This document shows, piece after piece, positions 1 to 9,353 of a stretch of 64,000 bases of DNA. This stretch comes from an uncultured candidate division Zixibacteria bacterium. GTDB lineage: Bacteria > Zixibacteria > MSB-5A5 > GN15 > FEB-12. The stretch spans positions 160,001 through 224,000 of the forward strand of contig CAVTJJ010000003.1 in the NCBI GenBank assembly GCA_963735035.1. The letters are read 5' to 3'. The notes under the pieces were generated by a model. The model saw only the letters and a list, made by a program, of their open reading frames with translations, ran no database searches and was not told where the DNA came from. Position numbers and translations under genes: made by a program. The stretch's first letter is position 1. Each line of letters starts with the position of its first letter.

Positions 1-1368
1 GACCGAACCATCTATGCTCTTATCGGGACGACGAAGAAGAGATACTTACAGGTACTGACAACTGTCGATTATTCGTCCATCACCCTTAGTTCAAGCATAG
101 AATTATCTCGGAAATGCGACCGAATCGCGGTGAACGACCGGATTTTCGCCGTCGCCGGAGATGACGGCCTGTTTGTATACGACAGGAATGCGCTTGAAGC
201 GATGACCAGCGGAGCGAAACCGCTCAGCGGAGACAAACCACTCAAAGGAAGATTCACCGGCATTCTGGTATTGAATGACAGTACAATTGTCGGCATCAAG
301 AAATCGGCACTCGAGGTCATACACTCTGACGGCCCGACCCTCTTGACGGTCGGCAAGTGCAAACTTGAGTCCGAGACGGCCTACTATTACAAGGCCCGGG
401 GTAATCTGGTCATAGTCGATCAGGACATCGTCGACTGCTCGATCCTGGAACGGCCGGTTCTGCAATCCAGCTATTTTCTTTTCGACGATCCGCTTTCAAT
501 AGCGGGCCAATATGCTTGTGTAGCGACGCCCCTCGGACTGGACGTATATGACATTTCGGATCCGACAAAACCTGTCTCAGTCGGGAAATATGACGAGGAG
601 GTCTACCGGAACCTGACTGATCCTGACCGCATAAACGCCAGGCGGCTGGTCCAGTCAGCGGAAGCTGGAGATCTTCAGGCCCAATATGAACTGGGTTGGT
701 GTTATGCCGAGGGTCGGGGGGTTGAGACGGACGCAGAAACCGCTCGAATGTGGATCCGGAAAGCAGCCGATGGAGGATTCGCCAAAGCTGAGTACGATCT
801 GTTTCTGTACGGCCTCGAAACCTTCCCCGTCGACACTTCAGCCAATTTTCAGTATTGCCGAAGAGCAGCGGATCACGGATCAATTGAAGCCGAGTACGCG
901 CTGGGGAAATGCTATTTGACCGGCTACGGCCTGAGTATTGACACGGCCCAGGCTGAAGCTGTCTTTCAACGACTTGCACAGACCGGTGACCCAGATGCTA
1001 TGGTTCAGCTCTTTGATCTTAGGCAGGAGAAAGCGCGGACTGCGTCCGATACTGCGGATGTTTTGAGCTGGGCCCGGCAGGCTGCCAGCCATATGTCTCC
1101 AGCAGGTCAATATCGACTTGGGCTGTGCTATTTCGATGGCTTTGGAGTTCAAGAGTCGGTCACTGAGGCTGTCCGACTTATTCGATTCGCAGCCGACAAA
1201 GGGTATGCCTTTGCTCAGACCGAACTGGGAATATGTTACGATGAAGGGCGCGGCGTGGAACAAGACAAAGCAGAAGCGATGAAGTGGCTTCAGAAGGCCG
1301 CCGACCAAAATGATTTGCGCGCACGAGGGCTCATCCTTGTGCATCAACTGCGTCAACAAGACCAATGA
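1..1368 (+). CDS. LVIVD-like repeat plus Sel1-like repeat protein (5' partial)
   Basis: Frame is open from base 1. Contains GLDVYDISDPTKPVSVGKY (LVIVD-type) followed by several Sel1 motifs (AQYELGWCYAEGRGV, AQTELGICYDEGRGV). Confidence 0.8.
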   Translation, partial: DRTIYALIGTTKKRYLQVLTTVDYSSITLSSSIELSRKCDRIAVNDRIFAVAGDDGLFVYDRNALEAMTSGAKPLSGDKPLKGRFTGILVLNDSTIVGIKKSALEVIHSDGPTLLTVGKCKLESETAYYYKARGNLVIVDQDIVDCSILERPVLQSSYFLFDDPLSIAGQYACVATPLGLDVYDISDPTKPVSVGKYDEEVYRNLTDPDRINARRLVQSAEAGDLQAQYELGWCYAEGRGVETDAETARMWIRKAADGGFAKAEYDLFLYGLETFPVDTSANFQYCRRAADHGSIEAEYALGKCYLTGYGLSIDTAQAEAVFQRLAQTGDPDAMVQLFDLRQEKARTASDTADVLSWARQAASHMSPAGQYRLGLCYFDGFGVQESVTEAVRLIRFAADKGYAFAQTELGICYDEGRGVEQDKAEAMKWLQKAADQNDLRARGLILVHQLRQQDQ

Positions 1369-2837
1369 GATCTAGCGATAGGAGAAGGTCAATGCCAGTG
1401 ATAGGTACTTCTTCAAGAGTGCAGAGAATTGCGCTTGCCGCGGTTTTGCTATGCTTGGCCGGTTGCGGGGGCGGACTTCTTGACAAGGCCGTTTCCGGTC
1501 TTGTCGATCAACTTGGACCGGACCAGCGCTTCGAAGTAAGGCGCACCAGTTTAGGTGAGGTCCAGTTTGCAATCATGGTCCCGGGCGCCACAGTAGTCAA
1601 CAGTCAGAATAACAGCTATGCTTGCGTGATCAATTTGAAAGGCAAGTATTCGGTTGCGCTCAACGGCCAGAAAGAAAATGTGTTTGATTCAATCCTGCAG
1701 AATCGCGCCGTTTTCAGTCCCGACGGCACGCGGCTCGCCTATGCGGCCATGCAGGGTCAGCTGTGGGCGGTCATGGTTGACCATCTACCCGGCCCAAAGT
1801 ACGAAGAGATCGCAAACGTGGTGTTCAGCCCCGACAGTCGGAGAATCGCCTATGCCGCGCGGCAGGACGGCCTCTGGGTCATCAACGTCGATGACCACGA
1901 GGGTCCAGCTTTCGGTAGTATAGGAACGCCGGTCTTCAGCCCCGATAGCAAGCATGTCGCTTACTCGTCGGTATCCGATGCCGGCGCCCAACTCCTGGTG
2001 GATCACAGAGTGATTGCTCAGGCAGAGGGCTTCCGCCGTGGTCAGATCGTATTCAGCCCTGACGGCCGCCGTGTAGCATTTGCGGCCCGTTCGGGCGAGC
2101 AATGGGCGGTGGCGGTCGACAGCACCAAGGGGAGACTATACGATGATGTAAACAATATCGGCTTTGACCCAAATGGCTCGGCCGTCGCCTACATCGCCAA
2201 GACGAACGACGAGGATGTCCTCGTAATTGGCGAAAAGGAAATCGCTCGCCACGACCATATCTTCAAGTATGGTTTCCTTCCCGCATCCGACCAAATTGTA
2301 TACGCTGCCACTGATGGTGACACCGCTCTCGTCCTTCTGGGAGATAGTGTAATCGGTAAATGGACGACTTCTTTACCACCGGACTTTGTGCTCGATTCTT
2401 CTCACGTGCACACTACTTTCCTGGGGGCCAGGGAAAAGAGTCGCATATCAGTAGTGGTGGATGGTCGGGAAGGAAACGCATATGACAGCGTTGGTACGAT
2501 TGTACATTCCCCGTCAGGTGACCGTTATGCCTTTGTGGCTCAGAAGAAGGCGTCGATCTTTGTTGTTGTCGACGGACATGAACAGGGGCCTTACGAAGAT
2601 CAATATCTATTCCTTTCACCACCGTCTTTCAGTACTGACGGAAAGTATGTCGCGTATGGGGTGCTGATCAAAGGCAAATCGAGCATATTTGTTAACGGTA
2701 TACCTGGTGAACATATTAGTGCCTATTTACCGTCCGGGAGACCGGCCGTAACCTGGGATTCACCGAAGACGTTTCATTACCTGGCAGCCTTCGACAATAA
2801 CATAAATCTCGTTGAAGAGGAATTCCGCAAACCGTAG
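1365..2837 (+). CDS. Lipoprotein with PD40/TolB-like beta-propeller repeats
   Basis: Lipobox LAGC and repeated VFSPDxxRxAY motifs. ATGA overlap with the upstream gene; alternative start at 1392 after GGAGAAGG. Confidence 0.8.
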   Translation: MRSSDRRRSMPVIGTSSRVQRIALAAVLLCLAGCGGGLLDKAVSGLVDQLGPDQRFEVRRTSLGEVQFAIMVPGATVVNSQNNSYACVINLKGKYSVALNGQKENVFDSILQNRAVFSPDGTRLAYAAMQGQLWAVMVDHLPGPKYEEIANVVFSPDSRRIAYAARQDGLWVINVDDHEGPAFGSIGTPVFSPDSKHVAYSSVSDAGAQLLVDHRVIAQAEGFRRGQIVFSPDGRRVAFAARSGEQWAVAVDSTKGRLYDDVNNIGFDPNGSAVAYIAKTNDEDVLVIGEKEIARHDHIFKYGFLPASDQIVYAATDGDTALVLLGDSVIGKWTTSLPPDFVLDSSHVHTTFLGAREKSRISVVVDGREGNAYDSVGTIVHSPSGDRYAFVAQKKASIFVVVDGHEQGPYEDQYLFLSPPSFSTDGKYVAYGVLIKGKSSIFVNGIPGEHISAYLPSGRPAVTWDSPKTFHYLAAFDNNINLVEEEFRKP

Positions 2838-2982
2838 GAAATCCCGAGATTCGCTAAGATTTCGATACCGATTTGACGGATGGGTCTTGGCAAAGCGTAC
2901 ACCGTAGGGCGTCCGGTCGGTTATGGAGACCAAGGCCTGAGACAACAGTCACCCAGCCATAAATAGTGGGCCACCCGGTGAT

Positions 2983-3045
2983 GTCGAAACCGCAGGGGTT
3001 TCGACCTACAAAGGCTCATGCGTCGACAGGCTCAGCATGACCTGA
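2983..3045. repeat. GTAG-tagged REP-like palindrome plus a TCGACAGGCTCAG-type repeat
   Basis: GTCGAAAC...GTTTCGAC-CTAC at 2983-3009, related to 58654-58689. TCGACAGGCTCAGCATGAC is related (inverted) to 58737-58765. Confidence 0.6.
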
Positions 3046-3048
3046 GGG

Positions 3049-4803
3049 CTACTTCGCCGGATGCCGCTTGATCACCACCACCGTGATGTCATCGAAAACA
3101 TGCGTCGGCGAGGCATACGCATACACTGCTTTACCAATCGCCTCGCCTATCTCGATACTCTTAGCGTTGCGGTTGGCCTTAATTACGTTGGTCAATCCCG
3201 CCAGGCCGAATTCGTGGCCGTCCTTGTCGAAAACTTCCGTGACACCGTCGGTGTACATCACAATCATCTCGCCCGGCTGAAGCATGAACGCGCGCTCTTC
3301 GAACGTCGCCTGTTTGTTGACACCGAGCAACACGCCGCCAACGTTGAGAAGTTCCACCGTGCCGTCCAGACGAAACCAGAGCGGCGGATTGTGGCCGAAA
3401 TTGGAGAAGGTGAAGATATGGTTGGTCGTGTCGAGCACGCCGTAGACCGCGGTCACGTACATCCCCGACTCGAGCGATTCACAGAGCAGCGAATTGACTT
3501 TCTGGCCGATCGTGCGAATCGAGTAGTTGTTGCGGATCTCGGCGATCAGCGACGCCCGGAACGACGCCATGACCAGCGCGGCCGGCATCCCCTTGCCGGA
3601 AACGTCGGCGATAGCGATCCCAAGATGGCTATCGACAATGCGAATGAAATCGTAATAGTCGCCGCCAACCTGACCCGACGGCGTATTGTGCCCGCTTATG
3701 TCATAACCAGAGACAGTCGGATCCTTCTTTGGCAGGAAAGTACGCTGCGTGTCGCGGGCCACGCCGAGTTGAGCTTCGAGCTGTTTTGCATTCAGATTGC
3801 GTTCAACCATCCGGGCACGCTCGATGGACATTCCGGCCTGCGACGCGAACGCCCGGATCAAATTGACGTGGCTGCGGTCGAAAGCACTGTGATCGTTGGA
3901 TTCGAGATTGATGACGCCGATAACACGGTCATTGACTTTGATCGGCACGGCTATTTCGCTGCGCGTGTCGGCGGTCATCTGAACGTAGCGCGAATCCGAG
4001 GTGACGTCGTCGACAATTACTTCCTTCCCCGAAGTCGCCGCCGCACCGACCAGACCTTCGTCGCACTTGAGATGCAGGCTGTCTTCGGACTCGGGGTTAT
4101 AGCCCACCGTGTAAATGGCGTTGAGGTCGACTCCTTTATCGTCACAGAGAAAGACGCCGCCGACCTGGAAGTTGACTACCTGCTTGAGGGAATCGAGAAT
4201 GGCCGCGAGCACTTCCTGGAGTGACAACTTCGATGACAACTTCTGTCCAATCTCGTACAGCAGCGTCTTTTCAAGCGCTTCTCGTTTCGCCTCGCGGTAG
4301 AGATAGGCGTTTGTGACGGCTACCGCGATCTGGTTGTTCAGACCGCTGAGGACGTCCAGGTCGGCTTGACCGAACTCCCCGTTGAGCTTGTTGACCGCCT
4401 CGACCACGCCGATCAGTTTGCCGCGTCCGATCAGCGGCAGAGCGACCAGCGAGCGCGCCATCACGCCTACCTGGCTGCCCATATCGTGATCGACCCGGGG
4501 ATCATTGGCGGCATCGTTGATAATGACCGCCTCCTTGCGATCCATCACCCAGCCGAGCACACCCGCGGACGGCTGACGGCCGAGCGTCTGCATCTTGAAA
4601 TCACGGTCGGACATAACTCGGGTGCGACGTTCGCGCGGGTCGGGGTCATGGCGATAGATGGCGGCCACTTCGGAATCGACCGCCGCCATGACGAGTTTGA
4701 GCACCATCTCGATCAACTCTTCGTATTCGAGGGTGCTGTTGAAAGTTCGGGCGGCCTCGAGCATCAGCTTCTCGACGCGGCTTTGTCTTATTTCGTCGGA
4801 CAT
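3049..4803 (-). CDS. GAF-GAF-SpoIIE (PP2C, RsbU-like) serine phosphatase
   Basis: Two GAF domains followed by VGGDYYDF, IADVSGKG, YTDGVTE and DDITVVV motifs. Confidence 0.92.
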   Translation of the reverse strand: MSDEIRQSRVEKLMLEAARTFNSTLEYEELIEMVLKLVMAAVDSEVAAIYRHDPDPRERRTRVMSDRDFKMQTLGRQPSAGVLGWVMDRKEAVIINDAANDPRVDHDMGSQVGVMARSLVALPLIGRGKLIGVVEAVNKLNGEFGQADLDVLSGLNNQIAVAVTNAYLYREAKREALEKTLLYEIGQKLSSKLSLQEVLAAILDSLKQVVNFQVGGVFLCDDKGVDLNAIYTVGYNPESEDSLHLKCDEGLVGAAATSGKEVIVDDVTSDSRYVQMTADTRSEIAVPIKVNDRVIGVINLESNDHSAFDRSHVNLIRAFASQAGMSIERARMVERNLNAKQLEAQLGVARDTQRTFLPKKDPTVSGYDISGHNTPSGQVGGDYYDFIRIVDSHLGIAIADVSGKGMPAALVMASFRASLIAEIRNNYSIRTIGQKVNSLLCESLESGMYVTAVYGVLDTTNHIFTFSNFGHNPPLWFRLDGTVELLNVGGVLLGVNKQATFEERAFMLQPGEMIVMYTDGVTEVFDKDGHEFGLAGLTNVIKANRNAKSIEIGEAIGKAVYAYASPTHVFDDITVVVIKRHPAK

Positions 4804-4910
4804 AGTGGGGGTAAGGTAAGGGATTGAAGGGGATTGTCAAATGGTGAAGAGGACCGTTGGAGAGTGTAACAGCTACAATCAATGCGCGACGTGGGGGCCG
4901 GCCCAACTTC

Positions 4911-5011
4911 TGGTGCCCCGGCGCTTGCGCTGGGATTCCTATCAGAAACCCCTACATCCAACTCTGCTCGTTTTGGTGCCCCAGCGCTTGCGCTGGGATG
5001 CCTATCAGAAA
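4911..5011 (+). repeat. Two REP copies downstream of the RAYT gene
   Basis: TGGTGCCCC(G/A)GCGCTTGCGCTGGGAT(T/G)CCTATCAGAAA at 4911-4948 and 4974-5011; stem CCCAGCGC/GCGCTGGG. Confidence 0.9.
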
Positions 5012-5535
5012 TCCGGTTCATCCATTGAGATCGGCACATCCTTCATTCCCGAATACCAGTTGTAACTCGACCATATCCATTGACCTGGTTGAGTCACCAG
5101 ACCACGAGTCACTGGATTCTTGTGACAGTACTCAATCTTCAACCTCACTGACTCCGATGAGCGGCAATTGTGGTCATAGCACCGCGGCAACCAAAGTGCT
5201 TCCTGTAATTCACCGTGACGAAACACTTCGAGCTCACCGGAACTAAGACCAGCCCTAAACAACAGTGGCAATATTCGTCTGGCCGAACGCGACTTCAGTT
5301 CACCGACAACTATACCAAGCCGACAACTAGCGAGTAGCTTTAGGACTAAATGTACGTGCTCAGGCATTACTACATAAGCATACAGTCGAAGCGAGTACTT
5401 CAGTTTGACCGCAAACAGCTCCTCGACGAAGACTCGAATGACGGAATCATCGAAGAGGAGGGGTAGACGCTGGTGACAGGAGAAAGTGACAAAGCGGACG
5501 TCGGAGAGGTGATCGTAATGTTTCAATTCAGTCAT
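5005..5535 (-). CDS. REP-associated tyrosine transposase (RAYT/TnpA-REP, Y1 HUH nuclease)
   Basis: FVTFSC, YVVMPEHVHLV (HUH motif), LWxxRxYDHxxR, EYCHKNPV (catalytic Tyr) and WSSY; flanked by inverted palindromic repeats. Confidence 0.9.
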   Translation of the reverse strand: MTELKHYDHLSDVRFVTFSCHQRLPLLFDDSVIRVFVEELFAVKLKYSLRLYAYVVMPEHVHLVLKLLASCRLGIVVGELKSRSARRILPLLFRAGLSSGELEVFRHGELQEALWLPRCYDHNCRSSESVRLKIEYCHKNPVTRGLVTQPGQWIWSSYNWYSGMKDVPISMDEPDF

Positions 5536-5547
5536 AGTGCATCAAGA

Positions 5548-5770
5548 CCCAGCGCAAGCGCTGGGGCACCAGAATATATGCTTACATTCCAGCGCAAGCG
5601 CTTAGGCACCAGAGTATATGCTTACATCCCAGCGCAAGCGCTGGGGCACCAGAATATATGCTTACATTCCAGCGCAAGCGCTTAGGCACCAGAGTATATG
5701 CTTACATCCCAGCGCAAGCGCTGGGGCACCAGAGTATATGCTTACATCCCAGCGCAAGCGCTGGGGCACC
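5548..5770 (-). repeat. Tandem array of about 5.6 x 40-bp REP-containing units
   Basis: Unit (C/T)CCAGCGCAAGCGCT(GG/TA)GGCACCAGA(A/G)TATATGCTTACAT starting at 5548, 5588, 5628, 5668, 5708 and 5748; inverted relative to the 4911/4974 copies. Confidence 0.95.
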
Positions 5771-5815
5771 GAATAGTGCCAACAAGTGACATCTGTTCAA
5801 AACCTATGCCCCCCC

Positions 5816-7351
5816 TCACAACCACAAGTGCCGGTCGAGCGTCCGGTAGTGGATCGCCTCGGCGACATGTCCCATCTGGATGTCATCCGAATTGTCCAAA
5901 TCGGCTATTGTGCGCGAGACTTTCAATATCCGGTCGTACGCCCGCGCCGATAATCCCTGCTGTTTGATCGCCAGCGCCAGTAACGCTTGTGATTTTTCAT
6001 CGAGTTGGCAGAAACGCCTGATATCGCGCGACTCCATCTGGGCGTTCGAGTAAAGCGACTTCTCTCCCTTGAACCGGTCAAGCTGTCGCTGTCGTGCCGA
6101 GTTGACCCGTTTGCGGATGATCTCGGACTTTTCCCCGCGCGTTTCCGACGACAACTCTTTGAATTTCACCGACGGCACCGAGACATGAATATCGATCCGG
6201 TCCAGAAGCGGTCCGGAGATGCGCGACATATAACGCTGGATTTCACCCGGCGTGCATTTGCACTCATGCAATTGTTCTCCGCTGTATCCGCACGGACAGG
6301 GGTTCATCGCGGCTACGAGCATGAATCGGGCCGGGTAGGTCAGAGTCGTGGCGGCCCGCGAAATAGTGACGTGATTGTCCTCCATCGGCTGGCGCAGCAT
6401 CTCCAAGATGTCCTTCTTGAACTCGGGGAGTTCGTCGAGAAAGAGCACGCCGTTGTGCGCGAGAGATACTTCGCCGGGTTTCGGGATCGCGCCTCCGCCT
6501 ATCAATCCGGCATAGGAGATCGTGTGATGCGGTGATCGCGCAGGGCGAGTAGCAACCAGGGCCGAGTCGGCGGGAAGACGCCCGGCCACCGAGTGAATCT
6601 TGGTGGTTTCGAGCGCCTCGCCCAGAGTCATGTCAGGTAAAATTGTGGGCAGCCTTCGCGCCAGCATCGTCTTCCCCGACCCGGGCGGACCGATCATGAT
6701 GACGTTGTGACCGCCGGCCGCGGCAACTTCGAGTGCCCGCTTGGCCGTTTCCTGACCTTTGACATCGCAAAAATCGACCGGGTAGATGCGGGCGCGGTCG
6801 AAAACCGCCTTGATGTCGATCTTGTGGGGCTGGATGGTCGTTTGGTCTTCGAAAAAGTGCACCGCCTCCTTGAGCGACTTGACCGGAAATACCGGCACCG
6901 TCCCGGCCATGGCGGCCTCGCAGGCGTTTTCAGCCGAGACCAACATCCCTTTGAGATGTGGCTGGGTGAGACTCATGGCCATAGGCAACACCCCCGGTAC
7001 CGGCCTGAGAGCGCCGTCGAGCGACAGTTCCCCCAGCATGACATATTCATCAAACCGCTCGCATAGAACTTGACCGGTGGCCGCCAGGATACCAACCGCG
7101 ATCGGAAGATCGAAGGCACAACCCTCCTTCCTGATGTCAGCCGGGGCCAGATTGATGGTGACTTTCTTGGACGGAAAAATGAAATCGGAATTCTTGATGG
7201 CGGCCGTCACCCGCTCCTTGGATTCCCTCACCGCCCCGTCGGGCAATCCGACCGTAATGAACAACGGAAGTTGCTGCTGGATATCGGCTTCAACCTCGAC
7301 CGTGTAAGCTTCGACACCCAGTGTGGCCGCTGATAAGACTTTGGAAAGCAT
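5816..7351 (-). CDS. comM: YifB/ComM family Mg-chelatase-like AAA+ ATPase
   Basis: VGLPDGAVRESKERV, GPPGSGKT, PGEVSLAHNGVLFLDE, NPCPCG and SARAYDRILKV motifs. Confidence 0.93.
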   Translation of the reverse strand: MLSKVLSAATLGVEAYTVEVEADIQQQLPLFITVGLPDGAVRESKERVTAAIKNSDFIFPSKKVTINLAPADIRKEGCAFDLPIAVGILAATGQVLCERFDEYVMLGELSLDGALRPVPGVLPMAMSLTQPHLKGMLVSAENACEAAMAGTVPVFPVKSLKEAVHFFEDQTTIQPHKIDIKAVFDRARIYPVDFCDVKGQETAKRALEVAAAGGHNVIMIGPPGSGKTMLARRLPTILPDMTLGEALETTKIHSVAGRLPADSALVATRPARSPHHTISYAGLIGGGAIPKPGEVSLAHNGVLFLDELPEFKKDILEMLRQPMEDNHVTISRAATTLTYPARFMLVAAMNPCPCGYSGEQLHECKCTPGEIQRYMSRISGPLLDRIDIHVSVPSVKFKELSSETRGEKSEIIRKRVNSARQRQLDRFKGEKSLYSNAQMESRDIRRFCQLDEKSQALLALAIKQQGLSARAYDRILKVSRTIADLDNSDDIQMGHVAEAIHYRTLDRHLWL

Positions 7352-7501
7352 CGATTCGATCCTCAGCTAAGCGTTTCAGCGGCGCATCACCGTCCGAACA
7401 TCACGGACAGACACTCCCGGCCGCCGACTCAATTTGTTGAGGACCACTGACAGATACTGTCAGTGAAAATTCCTCCGTTGCAGGAAATCTTCCCGACGGG
7501 C

Positions 7502-7531
7502 AAAAAAAAACCGGCCCCGCGAGGGGCCGGT
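7502..7531 (-). terminator. Intrinsic terminator
   Basis: ACCGGCCCC-GCGA-GGGGCCGGT hairpin with a T9 tract on the minus strand, just after the 7550 stop. Confidence 0.85.
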
Positions 7532-7549
7532 GAATTTGTGGCACTAATA

Positions 7550-8038
7550 CTAATTGATTACGGCGCGAAGCAGTCTGATATCTTTGATCACGCGGACCGA
7601 GTTACCGGCGGTCGTGGTGGTCACGTCGTGATAAAGCTTCAGTGTGTCCGTAGTCTGATCCAGGCTGAAATATCCGCCGGGGGCCCAATCCTGCGTACAG
7701 ACGCCACGAGTGTAGTTCGAGTCGGTGACAGTCAGATCTACACCGTTACCAAGCACATAGGTACCCAGTACGTCGCAGAATACGCGCAGCGATTCGGGAA
7801 TAGTGGATTCGATATCCATCGAGAATTCCGGCTTGCGGAAAGTGAATTCAATCGACTGGCTCGTATCGGGCAATGTGTCGACACCATTCTTGATTATCAT
7901 CAAGTGATAAGTGCCTACATAGTTGCCGTTTATGCTCGGAGGAAACGGGACCTCGACATCATCGCGGCATGATATGAACAGGCTCGCGCCCAGCAACAGA
8001 ACCAATATTGTCGCCCACAGACTTACTGCTCTTAACAT
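7550..8038 (-). CDS. Hypothetical lipoprotein
   Basis: Signal peptide ending LFISC; followed by a terminator. Confidence 0.7.
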   Translation of the reverse strand: MLRAVSLWATILVLLLGASLFISCRDDVEVPFPPSINGNYVGTYHLMIIKNGVDTLPDTSQSIEFTFRKPEFSMDIESTIPESLRVFCDVLGTYVLGNGVDLTVTDSNYTRGVCTQDWAPGGYFSLDQTTDTLKLYHDVTTTTAGNSVRVIKDIRLLRAVIN

Positions 8039-8565
8039 CCTTCATGACTCCCTATGGAACATCCTACTCATCAGCGGTCGAATATACCCCGGTGGCGAAC
8101 CCCGCACAACAGGAAAATTCAGTTGATCACACCGAAAAGACGCAGGGGCGGCTCATTTCGTGCAAGTTGGTTACTGTGAAGTTGATGGCGGGTCGTCTTC
8201 CCAGGATAGAACACTACCGAAGCCTGCTGCAATTTGAGACAACGGTAGACTTTGGGATATCAAGCTCAGCTATATGCTGGTAGGACTCGGAAGGATCGTC
8301 AAGCCGCCCGAGTTGGCTCGGTAACTTCTTCTGCCCCAATTTATTGCAACCGCCTAAGACAAACCGGGCAAGAATCTACTTCCCCGGTAGATATCCAAGA
8401 AAAGGAGGATAAAATTGATCCCGTTTTGATCGAGTGGCACCACTAGTTATTCACGCGGTTGTAAGTAACCGGGCGTATGAAGAGGCGTCTGGCTTGACTT
8501 CGGAGGAGCCACCTTCGTTATTTCCGCCTCACTGGAAAGTCCAAATAGGCCGATAACATCATATT

Positions 8566-9066
8566 ATGAAGCTTTCGCGGTTTCTGACAGAAGAAGTGAT
8601 CAAGTTGGAGATGGAGACGGTAGTTGAGCCGCCGGCCGAGGGCGCTTCCGTGAAAAGATGGCAGGAAGAAAACAAGCGACTGGTACTCAACGAGTTGGTT
8701 TCGTTGCTGGAAAGCGGATCACGGATCGGCAACCGCACCAAGCTGTTGAATGACTTTATCAACCGCGAGAAGAAGGCGACGACCGGAATCGGACGAGGTA
8801 TAGCTATCCCTCACATTCGCTCGCTCCAGGCGAAAGACCTCATGCTCGCTTTTGCCCGTTCTACTCCAGGGTATGATTTTGAATCACTTGACGATAAGCC
8901 TGTCCACTTGTTCTTCATTATGGCCGCTCCCCCATACGACGACGACCTCTACCTGAAAGTCTTCAAGTCCTTGTCGCAGATGCTACAACATGAATCGTTC
9001 CGCAACGAACTGATGCAGGTAGAATCCCGCGGTGAAATCATCCGCGCCATCAAAAGCATGGAATAG
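8566..9066 (+). CDS. PTS EIIA (fructose/nitrogen-type) domain protein
   Basis: REKKATTGIGRGIAIPH (phospho-His motif) and FESLDDKPVHLFF. Confidence 0.9.
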   Translation: MKLSRFLTEEVIKLEMETVVEPPAEGASVKRWQEENKRLVLNELVSLLESGSRIGNRTKLLNDFINREKKATTGIGRGIAIPHIRSLQAKDLMLAFARSTPGYDFESLDDKPVHLFFIMAAPPYDDDLYLKVFKSLSQMLQHESFRNELMQVESRGEIIRAIKSME

Positions 9067-9138
9067 ACGACAATAATGGTTGTCAATCCGGCCGATTTGT
9101 GTCGTTCCAAAAAAAGTTCCCGAAACCGTCTTTTTTTG

Positions 9139-9163
9139 TAAACATTCGGTTCCATGACCCGTC
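9139..9163 (+). promoter_or_regulatory. Putative ECF-sigma promoter TAAAC-N16-CGTC
   Basis: TAAAC 9139-9143 and CGTC 9160-9163; a matching motif lies at 61413-61437 on the minus strand. Confidence 0.45.
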
Positions 9164-9169
9164 TATATC

Positions 9170-9353
9170 ACTGACGCTGATTTAGCAAGGACCGATCGAC
9201 ATCGAACAGCAACTGGGCCTGACAACCTGGACCGGCAACTTGGGCTTAGACACCTTGACTTGTTGACGGTTCTTGCTAAAAATTGTCCCTGTCCCACAGG
9301 TATCCTAATGCCTGTACGAGCCACCCAATTACCCGTTGGGTGGCTCATTCCTT
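9170..9353 (+). ncRNA. Putative structured small RNA
   Basis: Stem of 14+6 bp (9181-9201 with 9261-9280) whose G-U pairs favour the + strand, a repetitive loop, a second hairpin and a terminator. Confidence 0.45.
9318..9346. terminator. Terminator-like hairpin between convergent units
   Basis: GAGCCACCCAA-N7-TTGGGTGGCTC. Confidence 0.65.

Noticed and set aside
3061..4224. 387-aa antisense ORF (similarly 50960-52126, 29325-30392, 24148-24981, 59563-60420)
   Set aside because: Shadow frames opposite well-supported genes in GC-rich DNA, with no recognisable motifs.
5548..5770. CRISPR array or guide-RNA array
   Set aside because: The spacers are essentially identical, there are no cas genes, and the repeat matches the REPs flanking the RAYT.
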